DNA of 64,000 nt from a candidate division Kazan bacterium RIFCSPHIGHO2_01_FULL_44_14 (lineage in GTDB: Bacteria; Patescibacteriota; Kazan-3B-28), in assembly GCA_001771185.1 (NCBI GenBank), contig METB01000001.1, positions 375,200 to 439,199 on the forward strand. The letters run 5' to 3'. Positions 9,636 to 21,324 of this stretch are shown one piece after another. Position 1 is the first letter of the stretch. Each line of letters opens with the position of its first letter. The position numbers were made by a program, and so were the translations under genes. The notes under the pieces were generated by a model. The model searched no databases and was not told where the DNA came from. It saw nothing but the letters and a program-made list of their open reading frames with translations.

Positions 9636-11095
9636 TCGATGGGTAAATTGGTTTGTTCTTGTCCCGCTTCGGTTGGTAAAACATTATTAAGGTCGGCTTC
9701 AACTTTATTGGCCTCTTCTACCCCGCGCAGATATTTGGCCGGCCAAGGGATGTAATGACTTTTGAAAGTATCGTTATAAAGTAGTTGGCTATTTTGATAA
9801 ACCTTGCGATATAGAACAACATCGGCTCCGCGATGAGCGATTTCAACTTGTTTGATTCCACCAACCGGCATGGTCGAAGTATCGATATAAATCGGTTCAG
9901 GATAGTCGGTTATATTAGAAACATACGGTCCAGTCATTTCAATCGTCCGACCGGTGTCGGTGCCATAAAAATCAAAGTGGAGTTCATTGCCAACAATATA
10001 AGTATCCATCAAAATACTGCCCGGTGTATCATTGGTAAATTTAAGATCGGGGTAGGGTTGATAAATCGTGGCGTCGGTACCGGGCGGTTCATAATAAGCC
10101 ACTCGGTAAGAATGATTTCGCCGCTCAACGACTGGTAGCCCACCGTTCAAGATCGCTCTAAACGCAGTAGTTGAAACTTGGCATAATCCACCGCCAAATT
10201 CTGGTTCGGTCTTATCACCCTTAATCACCAACTCGGGCAAATAGCCGGTGCTGCCGTCGACCGCTCCTAATGCTCGGATGAACGAGAAGATGCTTTTGGG
10301 AGCGATGATTATCCCGTCAAACTTAGCTGCTCCAGTAGCAATGTTGTGTCGCCGATTGCGGGGGCTCCCAGTAAAATTAGATACTCCACGAGCGATTAGA
10401 GTGTTGATTCCTAATGTGTTGGTCTCGGCCAAAGTAACGGTAGCTGGCCGAGTGGTAATCGGCAAAACGATTGGAGCTGGGTTAAGCAAATTCCGAGCGA
10501 TTAACTCGACCGTTTTATTCATATCCAATGTCTGCCCGGCCTGGTCAGCCATAAATTCAGTCGCCCGGTTATTCTTAATTGTCAGTTTTGCATCGCGTTG
10601 AGGTTTGACTATGCGACTTCCGATTTCGCTAAGATATTGATTTAACTTTGGCCGATTAAAACTATGGACCAAGTCGGTTTCGCTGACGATCGGCTGATGA
10701 GTCCCGACCAAAGCAAAACTCCGCTCGGATAAGCGTTGAGCAAACTGCCCGCGTCGGCCAACTAAAATCGCCTCGTCCGCTAATTTACTGCCATCCAATT
10801 CAAATCCAAACTGGTTGGGATCCATTTCCCAACTTTGGCCTTCAAACTCAAGCCGAATATTCCCAAGCGGTAAACCATCAACTCGCTTACTAATTAATTG
10901 AACAGCTTGAGACCTGGTTCGGCCACCTAAATCGATTTCTAAGAACTGGACTCCGGGGAGAACCCGCCGAGCGTAAATCACATCAACCCCAAAATATGCC
11001 CCTACAGCAACAATCAACAAACCGCCTACTCCGAGCGACATAAATTGGAGCAGGCGGATTTGATGAGAAGTTAATTTGGAGGGGTGACTATCCAT
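9632..11095 (-). CDS. VanW family protein with N-terminal TM and peptidoglycan-binding-type region
   Basis: GGGLCQVSTT, ERRNHSY and DLKFTN motifs. Confidence 0.9.
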   Translation of the reverse strand: MDSHPSKLTSHQIRLLQFMSLGVGGLLIVAVGAYFGVDVIYARRVLPGVQFLEIDLGGRTRSQAVQLISKRVDGLPLGNIRLEFEGQSWEMDPNQFGFELDGSKLADEAILVGRRGQFAQRLSERSFALVGTHQPIVSETDLVHSFNRPKLNQYLSEIGSRIVKPQRDAKLTIKNNRATEFMADQAGQTLDMNKTVELIARNLLNPAPIVLPITTRPATVTLAETNTLGINTLIARGVSNFTGSPRNRRHNIATGAAKFDGIIIAPKSIFSFIRALGAVDGSTGYLPELVIKGDKTEPEFGGGLCQVSTTAFRAILNGGLPVVERRNHSYRVAYYEPPGTDATIYQPYPDLKFTNDTPGSILMDTYIVGNELHFDFYGTDTGRTIEMTGPYVSNITDYPEPIYIDTSTMPVGGIKQVEIAHRGADVVLYRKVYQNSQLLYNDTFKSHYIPWPAKYLRGVEEANKVEADLNNVLPTEAGQEQTNLPIE

Positions 11096-11303
11096 CGCTA
11101 ATAATTTCTTGAAGAATCTGTTTGGCCAAAGTTTGCTGGTCGGACTGATGCTCGCTTCGAGTCATCACTTCCATTACCATAATGGTTTCGGCAGGATAGG
11201 GCAATTTATCAGACAAGGGGACTTCAGTCCCGTTTTCTAATATCAGAGTGTCTGTCTGATCGCCCTTTTTCAGGGCCGCCGATAGTACTAATTTAGCCCC
11301 CAT
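11088..11303 (-). CDS. Small hypothetical protein
   Basis: 71-aa ORF overlapping the VanW start. Confidence 0.6.
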   Translation of the reverse strand: MGAKLVLSAALKKGDQTDTLILENGTEVPLSDKLPYPAETIMVMEVMTRSEHQSDQQTLAKQILQEIISDG

Positions 11304-11357
11304 AACTATTTAATCACCAATAACGCAACTAATAATCAATAATCAAAAAGGGGACAG

Positions 11358-13370
11358 TTAGCGGAGAAACAGGCCGACCGCCAACAAAGCCACGATATTA
11401 ATAATTTTAATCATCGGGTTAATCGCGGGACCGGCGGTATCTTTGTAGGGATCTCCGACCGTGTCTCCGGTCACCGCGGCAGCATGAGCAAGTGAGCCCT
11501 TCCCACCCAAGTGTCCTTCCTCAATGTATTTCTTAGCGTTATCCCAAGCCGCTCCGCCGGTAGTCATGGAAATCGCTACAAAAATGCCCGTGACAATACT
11601 CCCGACCAACAACCCCCCGAGTGCCTTGGGGCCCAACAGCCAACCCACCAACAATGGAGTGACTACTGGAAGTAATGCCGGGATAATCATCTCTCGAATC
11701 GCTGCCCGAGTAACAATGTCAACTGCTCGAGCGTAGTTAGGCCGAGCCGTCCCGTCCATAATTCCAGCGATGGTTTTAAATTGATGCCGGACTTCTTTTA
11801 CTACCGCCGCCGCGGTTTTCCCAACTGTTTCCATTGACAGGGCAGCAAACAAATAGGGGAGCAAACCTCCCAGGAACAAGCCAATTAATACCAGCGGGTC
11901 GCCCAACCCGAATTGAACTGATTGACCCTGCAGATTACTTAACTCTTGAGTGTAAGCCGAAAACAACACGATTGCGGCCAACCCAGCCGAACCAATCGCG
12001 TAACCCTTAGTCACCGCCTTAGTAGTATTCCCAATCGCATCTAGTAGATCGGTGACCTGTCGAACTTTCTCTGGAAGCCCAGCCATTGCGGCAATCCCGC
12101 CAGCATTATCGGTAATCGGACCATACGCATCCACTGCGACAATAATCCCTACCATCGACAACATGCTGACAGCGGCAATCGCCACTCCAAACAGACCAGC
12201 AAAATAGTACGCCCCAAAAATGGCTGCCGCAATTACCAACACCGGTAACGTGGTTGATTTCATCCCCACCGCCAATCCCGCGATTACATTAGTTCCATGC
12301 CCAGTTTCGGAAGCGTGAGCAATTTGTCTAACTGGGGCAAACCGGGAAGCCGTGTAGTATTCCGTAATCCAAATAATCAGCCCGGTTACTCCTAGCCCAA
12401 CCAAAGCGCAATAAAACAAATTTAAATAACTAACTCCGGCCAGATTGGCCAATAGATACCGGCTGGCTCCATAAAACCCACTTAACGCCAACACTCCGGC
12501 GACAATCAACCCTTGGTAGAGAGCACCCATAATGTTGTGGCTTTTTTTTGATAACCGTACAAACCAAGTTCCAATAATTGAAGCAATAATTGAAATCCCG
12601 CCGAGAACTAGTGGGAAAACTATCATCAGCGGATTGCCGGCAAACAAGAGCGCCGACAATACCATGGCAGCCACGATTGTAACGGCATAGGTTTCGAATA
12701 AATCAGCCGCCATCCCAGCACAATCCCCAACATTATCACCAACATTATCAGCAATTACGGCCGGGTTCCTGGGGTCATCTTCGGGGATACCGGCTTCAAC
12801 CTTACCGACCAAGTCAGCGCCAACATCCGCTCCTTTGGTGAAGATACCGCCACCGAGTCGGGCGAAGACCGAGATCAAACTTCCGCCGAAGCCCAGACCG
12901 ACCAAAGCATTGATATCATGAAAAATTGCATAAAACCCCGCCACTCCAAGCAGTCCCAACCCGACCACAAATAAACCCGTGACGGCTCCACCTCTAAATG
13001 CCACGGTCAAGGCCTGGCTTAACCCCAGTTCAGCCGCAGCCGCAGTCCTGACATTGGCTCTGACTGAAATATGCATACCAATAAATCCAGCTAATCCTGA
13101 CAGGACCGCCCCAACCAGAAACCCAACTGCCGGCAACAACCCAAGCACAACATAGAGGATAAGAGCTAGGGCTAGAGCCACTATCCCAATCGTAAAGTAT
13201 TGCCGTTTAAGATAGGCCGAAGCACCCTCTTGGATTGCCCGAGCAATTTCCATCATCTTGCTGCTGCCGGTTGGTTGGGACAAAACCCAAATTGACAGTC
13301 CACTAGCATAGAGGACGGCTAACCCACCGGTAATAATGGCGAAGATGATACTTAGGTTGGTTGGATTCAT
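11358..13370 (-). CDS. hppA: Membrane H+-translocating pyrophosphatase, likely K+-independent
   Basis: [20 protein letters not shown] and [10 protein letters not shown] motifs; GNTTKA (Lys) signature. Confidence 0.96.
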   Translation of the reverse strand: MNPTNLSIIFAIITGGLAVLYASGLSIWVLSQPTGSSKMMEIARAIQEGASAYLKRQYFTIGIVALALALILYVVLGLLPAVGFLVGAVLSGLAGFIGMHISVRANVRTAAAAELGLSQALTVAFRGGAVTGLFVVGLGLLGVAGFYAIFHDINALVGLGFGGSLISVFARLGGGIFTKGADVGADLVGKVEAGIPEDDPRNPAVIADNVGDNVGDCAGMAADLFETYAVTIVAAMVLSALLFAGNPLMIVFPLVLGGISIIASIIGTWFVRLSKKSHNIMGALYQGLIVAGVLALSGFYGASRYLLANLAGVSYLNLFYCALVGLGVTGLIIWITEYYTASRFAPVRQIAHASETGHGTNVIAGLAVGMKSTTLPVLVIAAAIFGAYYFAGLFGVAIAAVSMLSMVGIIVAVDAYGPITDNAGGIAAMAGLPEKVRQVTDLLDAIGNTTKAVTKGYAIGSAGLAAIVLFSAYTQELSNLQGQSVQFGLGDPLVLIGLFLGGLLPYLFAALSMETVGKTAAAVVKEVRHQFKTIAGIMDGTARPNYARAVDIVTRAAIREMIIPALLPVVTPLLVGWLLGPKALGGLLVGSIVTGIFVAISMTTGGAAWDNAKKYIEEGHLGGKGSLAHAAAVTGDTVGDPYKDTAGPAINPMIKIINIVALLAVGLFLR

Positions 13371-13421
13371 GGGTTAAACACAAATTAACAATAATTGGTT
13401 ATTATATCACTCCTTATTCTA

Positions 13422-14573
13422 TTACTTTTTAGGGGGCTCTGTCAGAGCCCGGCGATAAACTGCCAAAGTTTCTTTGGCCACCCGAGCGAAAGAGTATTTC
13501 TTGGCCTGACGAAAACCCTTATCCCGCAACTCTTTTTGCAGCCGGAAGGTGGTGGCTAATTTATACATGGCTTGAGCAATATCTTCAATATTAGTAGGAT
13601 CAAAATACAGGGCGGCCTCTCCCAAAACCTCCGGCATGACTGAAGTATTTGATGACAAAACCGGGATCCCTGATGCCATCGCTTCCAGCGGTGGCAATCC
13701 GAATCCTTCATAAAGTGACGGAAAAATAAAGGCCTCGGCCTCGGAATAAAAATACGGCAAATCGCTATCTGCGACATACCCAGTCAAAATCACCGCATCC
13801 TGCAAATTTAGTTGTTTAATCAGGGCCGGGATTTCTGAAGCCAAAGGATCGGCCTTCCCGACTAACACTAATTGATAATCGATATCATATCGATGTCGCA
13901 GCAGAGCAAAAGCCCGAACTAGCCGAGCTAAATTTTTGTGATGTCTTTGCTGCCCAACATACAGAAAGAAGGGACGAGAAATGTTGTATTTAGTTTTAAC
14001 CATCTCGACCTTTTTGGGGTCTTCAACTGGCTGGTACCGCTTCGGGGCTGCTTCATACACAACATCAATTTTGTCTGGGTTAATCCCCAAGTACTTTACC
14101 AAATCCCGTTTGGTCCCCTGGGAAATCGCAATAATTCGAGCCGCATTTAAACATGACTGACGAATCACATATCGATAAATAATTCGCCTAAACCAACTCG
14201 TTTGTTTCCGACCCGGGTAGAACCAAAGGGTTAGGTCGTGAATCGTCACTACACTTTTGATTCGCCGAAACCAGACCGGAGAATTAAAATTGGTGTAATG
14301 GATTAAGTCCAAACCAGCCCGGCTCAAAGCCCGGGGGTAAAGAAATTGTTCGCTGTAGGTGTAGTGAGGGAAACGAACCGCTCGCTTCTCTAGATTGGCA
14401 GCATACAGCGGGAAAAATTCGGCCACCTCGGGCAAGACAAAGACCGTAAACTTATCTTCGGTATCGAGCCGAATCAAGTTGGCGACCAGTTCTTCGGTGT
14501 AGGTACCGATTCCAGCAGCTTGGGCAGTCCCAAATAACCGAGCATCGATCCCAATCCGGTAGTGTTTATTCAT
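13422..14573 (-). CDS. Glycosyltransferase family 4 (GT-B)
   Basis: PSLYEGFGLPPLEAMASG motif. Confidence 0.93.
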   Translation of the reverse strand: MNKHYRIGIDARLFGTAQAAGIGTYTEELVANLIRLDTEDKFTVFVLPEVAEFFPLYAANLEKRAVRFPHYTYSEQFLYPRALSRAGLDLIHYTNFNSPVWFRRIKSVVTIHDLTLWFYPGRKQTSWFRRIIYRYVIRQSCLNAARIIAISQGTKRDLVKYLGINPDKIDVVYEAAPKRYQPVEDPKKVEMVKTKYNISRPFFLYVGQQRHHKNLARLVRAFALLRHRYDIDYQLVLVGKADPLASEIPALIKQLNLQDAVILTGYVADSDLPYFYSEAEAFIFPSLYEGFGLPPLEAMASGIPVLSSNTSVMPEVLGEAALYFDPTNIEDIAQAMYKLATTFRLQKELRDKGFRQAKKYSFARVAKETLAVYRRALTEPPKK

Positions 14574-14574
14574 A

Positions 14575-15801
14575 TTAATTCGCTCTCTCGCCAGGGCGGG
14601 TTACTACCGCCATCATAGCAAACAGCAACCAGAATAAGCTGGCCAAGTCGTTTTTCCAATAAGTCGAATCCACCAGGCCATGGATCAGGATTGCCGACAT
14701 AGCAGTAACCAGACCAATGGTTTGAGAATTGAACTGCCTGGCCATCCGATAAAAGAACTTAACTACCAACCAGAGCCAACCAGCCAGCCCCAATAATCCA
14801 GTATTAATCCAAAACTGCAAATAAACATTGTGAGCATGAAGAATGGCCGTCTCCCAGGGTGGAGAGAAAAGTTGGTTAGCGTAACTTAAATATTGATCTC
14901 GGAACTCCCCCAAACCGATTCCAGTCAACCAATGTTTCTTAATTATCAACATGGCTGTTTGCCAGACCTGCCATCGGACGCTGACCGACGACCGAGCGGT
15001 CAGATTCACCATGGCCTGCAATCTGGGGCTATCCCACTGACTAATAACTGCCAGGCCTGGTAGAATAATTCCCCAAATCCATTCCCACCACCGACGGCGC
15101 CAGTACAAAATCACCCAGACCAAACTCGCTCCAATCAAAGCCAGCCAACCCCCAAACGAGAAAGAAAAGTAGAGAGCAACTCCGCCCAGACCCCAAGCTA
15201 AATAGGTTACCCATCTTTGCCATGGTTTCCCGGTTTGAACCAGAATAATCCCCAATAGCAAAATCGGGACCAGATACATTGATAAATAGTTGGCCGAGGC
15301 AAACCAACCACTGGCCCTCCCGTCTACGGTAACAAATTGTTGAATCACAACCTGCCAGTTGGCCATTACCGAGAGCGGGATGGTTGATAAAATCAGCGCC
15401 GAAATATAATTGTTTAAATCTTCCCGGCCCAGTAGCCAACTAGTTAGCCAGTACATTATGACCGGGACCACAAACCAGCCCTTAAAAATCCCCAAACTTA
15501 GTTGGAGATCGGGGGATACGGCTGTTCCGATAATTAACCCCAACAACAGCAGTCCACCAGCCCAACTCACAGATTGGACGGCTGACCAAAAAGAACGCCA
15601 AGCCCCCTGTGGATATTTTATTACCATCACCATCGCCGACACCATTACCAACAATTCAACTAAGTTGGTCGGGAGCGACCCAACTGATACTTTCACCAAA
15701 TAGGTCGGGATTAAAAGCCAAACTAACCAAAGCGCTCCCCGGGGATTAACCCAAGCAACTATCCCAAACACTATCGCGCTTATAAGTGCCCACATATTCA
15801 T
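14575..15801 (-). CDS. O-antigen ligase/Wzy-like membrane protein
   Basis: Multi-TM protein with R...W...GIGLG and HAHN motifs; ATG 15801 overlaps the upstream stop. Confidence 0.85.
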   Translation of the reverse strand: MNMWALISAIVFGIVAWVNPRGALWLVWLLIPTYLVKVSVGSLPTNLVELLVMVSAMVMVIKYPQGAWRSFWSAVQSVSWAGGLLLLGLIIGTAVSPDLQLSLGIFKGWFVVPVIMYWLTSWLLGREDLNNYISALILSTIPLSVMANWQVVIQQFVTVDGRASGWFASANYLSMYLVPILLLGIILVQTGKPWQRWVTYLAWGLGGVALYFSFSFGGWLALIGASLVWVILYWRRRWWEWIWGIILPGLAVISQWDSPRLQAMVNLTARSSVSVRWQVWQTAMLIIKKHWLTGIGLGEFRDQYLSYANQLFSPPWETAILHAHNVYLQFWINTGLLGLAGWLWLVVKFFYRMARQFNSQTIGLVTAMSAILIHGLVDSTYWKNDLASLFWLLFAMMAVVTRPGERAN

Positions 15802-16991
15802 TCCTGCTCCTTTAATCCTACCCCGATTATCAACCACCAGATAATTAAGATGGTCGCCGTTAGCCAAGCATTTACAAACAATGACGCCCCCATTAGTCCG
15901 GCCGTCACCGCCCACAACAGTGGTCCGAAAATTGTGGCGTCAACAGTCCAACTCCGCCAAGTTCGCTTGAGGATGATGATCAGCCAATTCAAAAATGCCA
16001 ATAAGCCAACCAACCCGCTAGCGGCAGCCATGGTTAGTAAGCTGCTGTCGAAACCATTTTCGGCTTGTCGAGATAACCGCTCCGTACCGGCCGGGGAATA
16101 TTGATAGCGCTGACTGGCAATCGCGTTGTAGCCCACTCCAAAAATCGGTTTAGCTTTAATCAATCGCCACCCGGCTTGCCAGGATTCGATCCGATATCGG
16201 ACGGTTACATCCAATTGCCAGACCCCTGACAAGCGGTCTTGCAACCGCGGAATAGACATAAACGCTAACGCCACAATGATTAACCCAATACCGACAACTC
16301 GCCGATATCTCATCCACCCAATCATTAGTAAAATGACCACCATCGCCAACAGAGCGCTCCTGGAAAAAGTCGCCAGCACTGATACGATTAGGAACACCGA
16401 AACAACTGCAATGATGACTTTGTCCCGCCGACTGGTTGCTCGCCCCCACATTAATATCCCCAACCCAACTCCAAACGATAAAAATATCCCAACCAAGTTC
16501 GGGTCCAAGAAAGTCGATACCAACCGTCCGTTGTGCGGATCTAATCCTAGATATTCAAATAAAACCAAGTCAGGGAAGAGCCCTAACTGAAGCCAGCCCA
16601 AAACCGCCACCCACAAAAACAAAACCAATAGCCAGCCCGCATAGACCACGGACCGTTTGGCATTAAGGTGCGGCCACAGAACAATTGGGAGTAAACCATA
16701 AATTATGAATCGCCCCAAAAACAATAGTGCAATTAGTCCATTGGACACTCCAAGAGCCGAGAGATTTACTAACCATGATAGAGCGATAGCAACCATCAGT
16801 ATGGACCATCCAAACAGGACTGGCCGAGGAGGCCAACTTGACCAATGCTTTACCATCATGCCCAACCCAATCAAAACGACCCCAGTCACTGCGATGTCTA
16901 CTGCCGGAATAGATAGACCAGCGATTGGCCACTTAATTAACTGGCCCAGACCAACTCCGATTAAGATGGGAATAATTAACCACTTATCCAT
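15798..16991 (-). CDS. O-antigen ligase/polymerase-like membrane protein
   Basis: RLVSTFLDPN, TFSRSA and RIESW...PIFGVG motifs. Confidence 0.85.
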   Translation of the reverse strand: MDKWLIIPILIGVGLGQLIKWPIAGLSIPAVDIAVTGVVLIGLGMMVKHWSSWPPRPVLFGWSILMVAIALSWLVNLSALGVSNGLIALLFLGRFIIYGLLPIVLWPHLNAKRSVVYAGWLLVLFLWVAVLGWLQLGLFPDLVLFEYLGLDPHNGRLVSTFLDPNLVGIFLSFGVGLGILMWGRATSRRDKVIIAVVSVFLIVSVLATFSRSALLAMVVILLMIGWMRYRRVVGIGLIIVALAFMSIPRLQDRLSGVWQLDVTVRYRIESWQAGWRLIKAKPIFGVGYNAIASQRYQYSPAGTERLSRQAENGFDSSLLTMAAASGLVGLLAFLNWLIIILKRTWRSWTVDATIFGPLLWAVTAGLMGASLFVNAWLTATILIIWWLIIGVGLKEQE

Positions 16992-18066
16992 AGCGCTGAA
17001 CGATTTGCCAAGTTAATTCTGCGGTCCGTCGCCAACCGAACTCCCGGACTCGTCTAAGTCCGGCTTGTCGAAACTGCTCACGAAGGTCAGCCGAAGATAG
17101 CAATTTGGCCATAGCTTCTGCCAGAGCCCCCGGATTATCCGCCGATACTTTTATAGCCGCATCTCCAACCACTTCGGGGAGAGAGGCCCGGTCACTCACA
17201 ATTGTCGGCACCCCGCAGGCCATCGCTTCAAGCGGGGGAATCCCAAATCCTTCATAAAGCGAAGGGAATACAAAAATATCCGCCAAATTATAAACCGCCG
17301 GCCGATCGTTATCAGTGATGTAGCCGGGAAAAATAATCCGATTGTTGGCTTGTCTCAAAGTTGATTCGGACTGCCAACCAGCCCCCCCAGCCAAAACAAG
17401 AGCGACCTCGGGAAAGCGAGGACCGATTTGGTTAAAGGCCTTGATCAGTTGTTCAAGATTTTTCCGGGGCTCAATTGTCCCTAAATACAAAATAAAGTTT
17501 TTAGGCAAATGATATTTGGTCCGGACGACTGGATCGGCCAATAATGGTTTGAACTGTTCCGCCGCCGCCATCGGGGTAACTGTGATTTGGGCCGATGCCA
17601 CCCCACACAAATTCATGGCTTCTTGCTTGGTAAATTCTGAAATCGCCAAGAGATGGACTGACCGCTTAAAAGCTCGATTGGCAAATATTCGTTCTAGCCA
17701 GATCGCTTTGGATAGATGTGTCCGAGGGAATCTCCAAGCCGTGAAGTCAAATAATGTGGTGATAACTGGAACTGCCGAAGTTAACGCCGGGACAATAAAA
17801 CTAAGCGTCGCCAAAAAAACATCCACCGGCCGACGCCGTAACCACCACATCACTTGCCAGTGCCACCAAACCGACTGGCTAAAACTTTGGACCCGCCACT
17901 TCCCCGCGGGCAGGTTGACGGTCTGTCCGGCGTGAATTAGTAAAACCAGTTCCGCGTCGAAACCGCTAATAAGCCAGGCCCGGACCAATTGGTAGACATA
18001 TTCGCCCTTGCCCGCTCGAGTGGGGTGAGTCGCTTCTCTAAAATCAATTGCAATTTTCATTGTCAT
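16984..18066 (-). CDS. Glycosyltransferase family 4
   Basis: GTIEPRKN and PSLYEGFGIPPLEAMACG motifs. Confidence 0.93.
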   Translation of the reverse strand: MTMKIAIDFREATHPTRAGKGEYVYQLVRAWLISGFDAELVLLIHAGQTVNLPAGKWRVQSFSQSVWWHWQVMWWLRRRPVDVFLATLSFIVPALTSAVPVITTLFDFTAWRFPRTHLSKAIWLERIFANRAFKRSVHLLAISEFTKQEAMNLCGVASAQITVTPMAAAEQFKPLLADPVVRTKYHLPKNFILYLGTIEPRKNLEQLIKAFNQIGPRFPEVALVLAGGAGWQSESTLRQANNRIIFPGYITDNDRPAVYNLADIFVFPSLYEGFGIPPLEAMACGVPTIVSDRASLPEVVGDAAIKVSADNPGALAEAMAKLLSSADLREQFRQAGLRRVREFGWRRTAELTWQIVQRYG

Positions 18067-19481
18067 CGGCCAAGCAATTCCTTAACCACTGCTCGCGGAA
18101 CGGCTCGGGTAATCAACACCATTGCTCCATAACTGATTGCGCCAAGCCCCAAATTAATAAGTAGGTTGACTGACCCGACCCACCAAATTACTCCGCCCAT
18201 TATCAAAGCGCTGAGCGAGGCCTTGGCAAAGACGCCCCATTGAGGAACAAACCGAAGGTCTCGATAGACGATAATTAAGACACAGACAACCACTAGCAAT
18301 TCAGTGGCTACCGTCGTGGCGGCTGCCCCCATATATGAATAGCGGGGGATAAAGACCCAGTTAGTAACAATATTAAAAACCATGGCCAATAAATACGGCC
18401 GAACCAAGATACTTTGACGGCCAGCCGCAATCACACTGTAGTTTAGAGTCGAACCAACGAATGACAATGTAGCCGCCCAAATTAACAATTTAAGCGGAAC
18501 CCCCGAAGCAGCAAAATCGGGACCAGCGATTGCAGTCATTAACGGAGTTGCAATCAACATTGTCCCGATTGCTAATGGCCAAGCTGCTAACGCCATAATG
18601 TCAAACGCCCGGCGGAAGACCCGAACCGCCCGGTCCCGATTTTCGCTTAACGCTTGAGTGATTATTGGGAAAACCGAGCTCATGAAAATAGTCGGAACGG
18701 TCAAAAGCACTTCAATGATTTTATAGGGTGCTCCATAAATCCCAACCGCGTGGCTGTCCTGCATTACTGACAACATCACAGTATCAATCCTGAAATAAAT
18801 CGTTGCCATAACCATCACCACCCCAAGAGGCAGAGCTTCTCGCAAAAACTTCACCCAATATCGGACATCCCATCGAGGGACGAGAGAGGCCATCGAAGTA
18901 GCCCACCACCACTGCCACCCAAGTGAAAAAATATTAGCAATGGCCGTCCCCCAAAGAATCCCAACTAAGCCCAAATCGTTTTTAATTGCCCACCACACCA
19001 GACCTAAATAAAACGCTCGGGTCACAACATTGACAATCGCTACTTTTTGCATTTGTAGCCGAGCTTGGAACAAACTGATTGGGACCTGCAAAAGGGCCAA
19101 TGAAGTTTGCGACAAAGCCCCCACCAAGATTCCTTGATGAATCACGGTATCCGGGTAAATCATCAGCGCCACAAGGTACCCGAGCCCAAAAACCGCTCCA
19201 CTCAAAACCAGTTTCAACCCCATTATATTCCCCAAAACATAACTTTCTTGGGCAGGGAATTTGGTGATTTCCCTAACCTGGAGTAAGAAAAACCCGAAGT
19301 CCACTACCACTCCGATTAGGGACAAATACGCAAAAATAACCGTGTACTGACCATACCCACTAACCCCCAAATACCGCGTCAAGTACGCGATGGCCACAAG
19401 CGAAATGGCGGTCACGATGATTCGCGAAATCACTTGAACAATCGTGTTGTACGCAATCCGTTTGGTGGCACTAGCTTCCAT
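18063..19481 (-). CDS. Wzx-type polysaccharide flippase
   Basis: TRYLG..YG, RID.VML and VGIY motifs; many TM helices. Confidence 0.9.
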   Translation of the reverse strand: MEASATKRIAYNTIVQVISRIIVTAISLVAIAYLTRYLGVSGYGQYTVIFAYLSLIGVVVDFGFFLLQVREITKFPAQESYVLGNIMGLKLVLSGAVFGLGYLVALMIYPDTVIHQGILVGALSQTSLALLQVPISLFQARLQMQKVAIVNVVTRAFYLGLVWWAIKNDLGLVGILWGTAIANIFSLGWQWWWATSMASLVPRWDVRYWVKFLREALPLGVVMVMATIYFRIDTVMLSVMQDSHAVGIYGAPYKIIEVLLTVPTIFMSSVFPIITQALSENRDRAVRVFRRAFDIMALAAWPLAIGTMLIATPLMTAIAGPDFAASGVPLKLLIWAATLSFVGSTLNYSVIAAGRQSILVRPYLLAMVFNIVTNWVFIPRYSYMGAAATTVATELLVVVCVLIIVYRDLRFVPQWGVFAKASLSALIMGGVIWWVGSVNLLINLGLGAISYGAMVLITRAVPRAVVKELLGR

Positions 19482-20067
19482 TGGGTTTTTCGATTACCGC
19501 CATATATTGAATTTTTACTCTAGGTAAATACCATTTCGGGAAAAACTTAGGGGAATAGGAGCAGCTTGTGACTACCTGATACGGTTGCAGGATTTGTTCC
19601 CACTGGGATTTGGCCATTAGTCGTTCGTTCCCAAAATCCCGGCGGGGATAACGATGGTTAGGGACCGAGAACACTACCCGCCGAGCAACCCGCAATTGTT
19701 CATTGAATATCTTGTGGATGTCAGCGTCGGAGAAATGTTCCATCAGTCCCTGGTGAAAAACCAAGTCAAAAGATAGGTCGGAGTAGGGAAGAGAAAAGGT
19801 ATCAGCAACTTCAAACTTAGCCAATCCGTTGAATCGGGCGGATTCTGTTTTGGCCTTCTCAATCACTTCGGGACTAATATCGATTCCGGTTACATTTAAA
19901 CCGAGCCATGAGAAAAAGGTACTCATTGCTCCACTCCCAACTCCGACCTCAAGAATGTTTTTGGCCCCAGCTTCTAAGATTACAGACAAAAACTCTTTCT
20001 GCCCATACAGATTGCTTAGCAGTCCCTTTAGGGTTAGAGGAGCTTGATAATACTTGTTCCAATCCAT
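19471..20067 (-). CDS. Class I SAM-dependent methyltransferase
   Basis: ILEVGVGSG, GIDIS and FDLVFHQGLMEH motifs. Confidence 0.88.
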   Translation of the reverse strand: MDWNKYYQAPLTLKGLLSNLYGQKEFLSVILEAGAKNILEVGVGSGAMSTFFSWLGLNVTGIDISPEVIEKAKTESARFNGLAKFEVADTFSLPYSDLSFDLVFHQGLMEHFSDADIHKIFNEQLRVARRVVFSVPNHRYPRRDFGNERLMAKSQWEQILQPYQVVTSCSYSPKFFPKWYLPRVKIQYMAVIEKPNGS

Positions 20068-20069
20068 GA

Positions 20070-20537
20070 CTAGGCCGGTTTGACTACTACTCGCCGGCTA
20101 GGGCCAATCCCAGTGCTCTCGCTCATAACTCCCGCTTCATTGACTAGCGCCAGATGAATTAGCCGGCGTTCAAAAGATGACATAGGCGGAAGATACACTG
20201 CCGTCCCAGTGGCTTTGACCTGACTCGCTGCGTCGCGAGCGATTTGTATCAGCCGCTCACGTTGCTGTTGATGAAATCCGCCAATATTCAAAGATAAACT
20301 TACCGTTTCGATTGGGAAATCACGCCGGACCATTAACCGGAGTAGGTGTTGTAACGCCAACAATGGGTCGGGCGAGGGCGAGATAAAAATTTCATCTCGA
20401 TCGGTTTTCATTTCAACAATTAACACTCCGTCTTCAGTGGCTACAGTAATTTCTGGGACGAGATCAAACGGGGCACATAATTCCCGCAACCGGTCCTGAA
20501 TTTTTTCCTCAATTGGGGTTAGTTTATTGGTCGCCAT
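20070..20537 (-). CDS. Jag/KhpB-like KH-R3H RNA-binding protein
   Basis: LPPMSSFERRLIH..L R3H motif; follows yidC. Confidence 0.85.
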   Translation of the reverse strand: MATNKLTPIEEKIQDRLRELCAPFDLVPEITVATEDGVLIVEMKTDRDEIFISPSPDPLLALQHLLRLMVRRDFPIETVSLSLNIGGFHQQQRERLIQIARDAASQVKATGTAVYLPPMSSFERRLIHLALVNEAGVMSESTGIGPSRRVVVKPA

Positions 20538-21324
20538 GATGGGTGATAGTAGCCACGGCTTTTTCTTCGTGGCCAAATGACTTATAAATAATAACTTGCT
20601 GGATCGCCATAACAATCGTAGTGGTCGCCCAGTATAATCCTAAAGCAGAGGGGAGGGTCAAAGCAATCACCAGAGTCATGACCGGGAAAATATATAGCAT
20701 GGCTTGGTTGGTGATGTTTTGTTGCCCGGTTGCCTTGGTGGTCTTGGCAGTATATCGGATGGTTACCTGGCTCTGAACCAACTGGGCTACTCCGGCCAAT
20801 ATGGCTAAGTATATATTACGGGAGGTTAAATCTACCATGAGGGCCGGGATGTGGGTAAATTGAAGGAAAACCGTGTGCAGTTCCACTGGGGGATGCGGGA
20901 ACCAACCATAAAGATGGACCAAGCTGGCGGTGTTTAAACCAGCCCAGAATACTCGGTACAGCGCCAACAAAATCGGCAATTGAATAATCAGCGGCAGACA
21001 GCTGCCGAAGAGATTGATTTTGTGTTCTTTGTAAATTTTCATAATCTCTTCGGACTGTTTCTTTTGGTCGTCCTTGTAGTCGGCTTTGATTTTTTCAATA
21101 TACGGTTGGACCTTCTGAATGTCGTGCTGGGACTTCAAACTGTTCCGATATGAGGGTTGTAAAATCAATCGGATAAGAACCGTCAGAGCAATGATGGCCA
21201 ACCCGAGGTCTTGGCCTGGGATATAAACATAGAACAACACCAGAATATTCAAAAGCGGAACATACAAAAGCTTCCCAATCCAGCCGTTCCACATTGCCTC
21301 GCTAATTTGCAGTTTGTTATTCAT
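20524..21324 (-). CDS. yidC: Membrane protein insertase YidC/Oxa1 (short form)
   Basis: GLAIIALTVLIRLIL, GSCLPLIIQLPIL and PSALGLYW motifs. Confidence 0.93.
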   Translation of the reverse strand: MNNKLQISEAMWNGWIGKLLYVPLLNILVLFYVYIPGQDLGLAIIALTVLIRLILQPSYRNSLKSQHDIQKVQPYIEKIKADYKDDQKKQSEEIMKIYKEHKINLFGSCLPLIIQLPILLALYRVFWAGLNTASLVHLYGWFPHPPVELHTVFLQFTHIPALMVDLTSRNIYLAILAGVAQLVQSQVTIRYTAKTTKATGQQNITNQAMLYIFPVMTLVIALTLPSALGLYWATTTIVMAIQQVIIYKSFGHEEKAVATITHHGDQ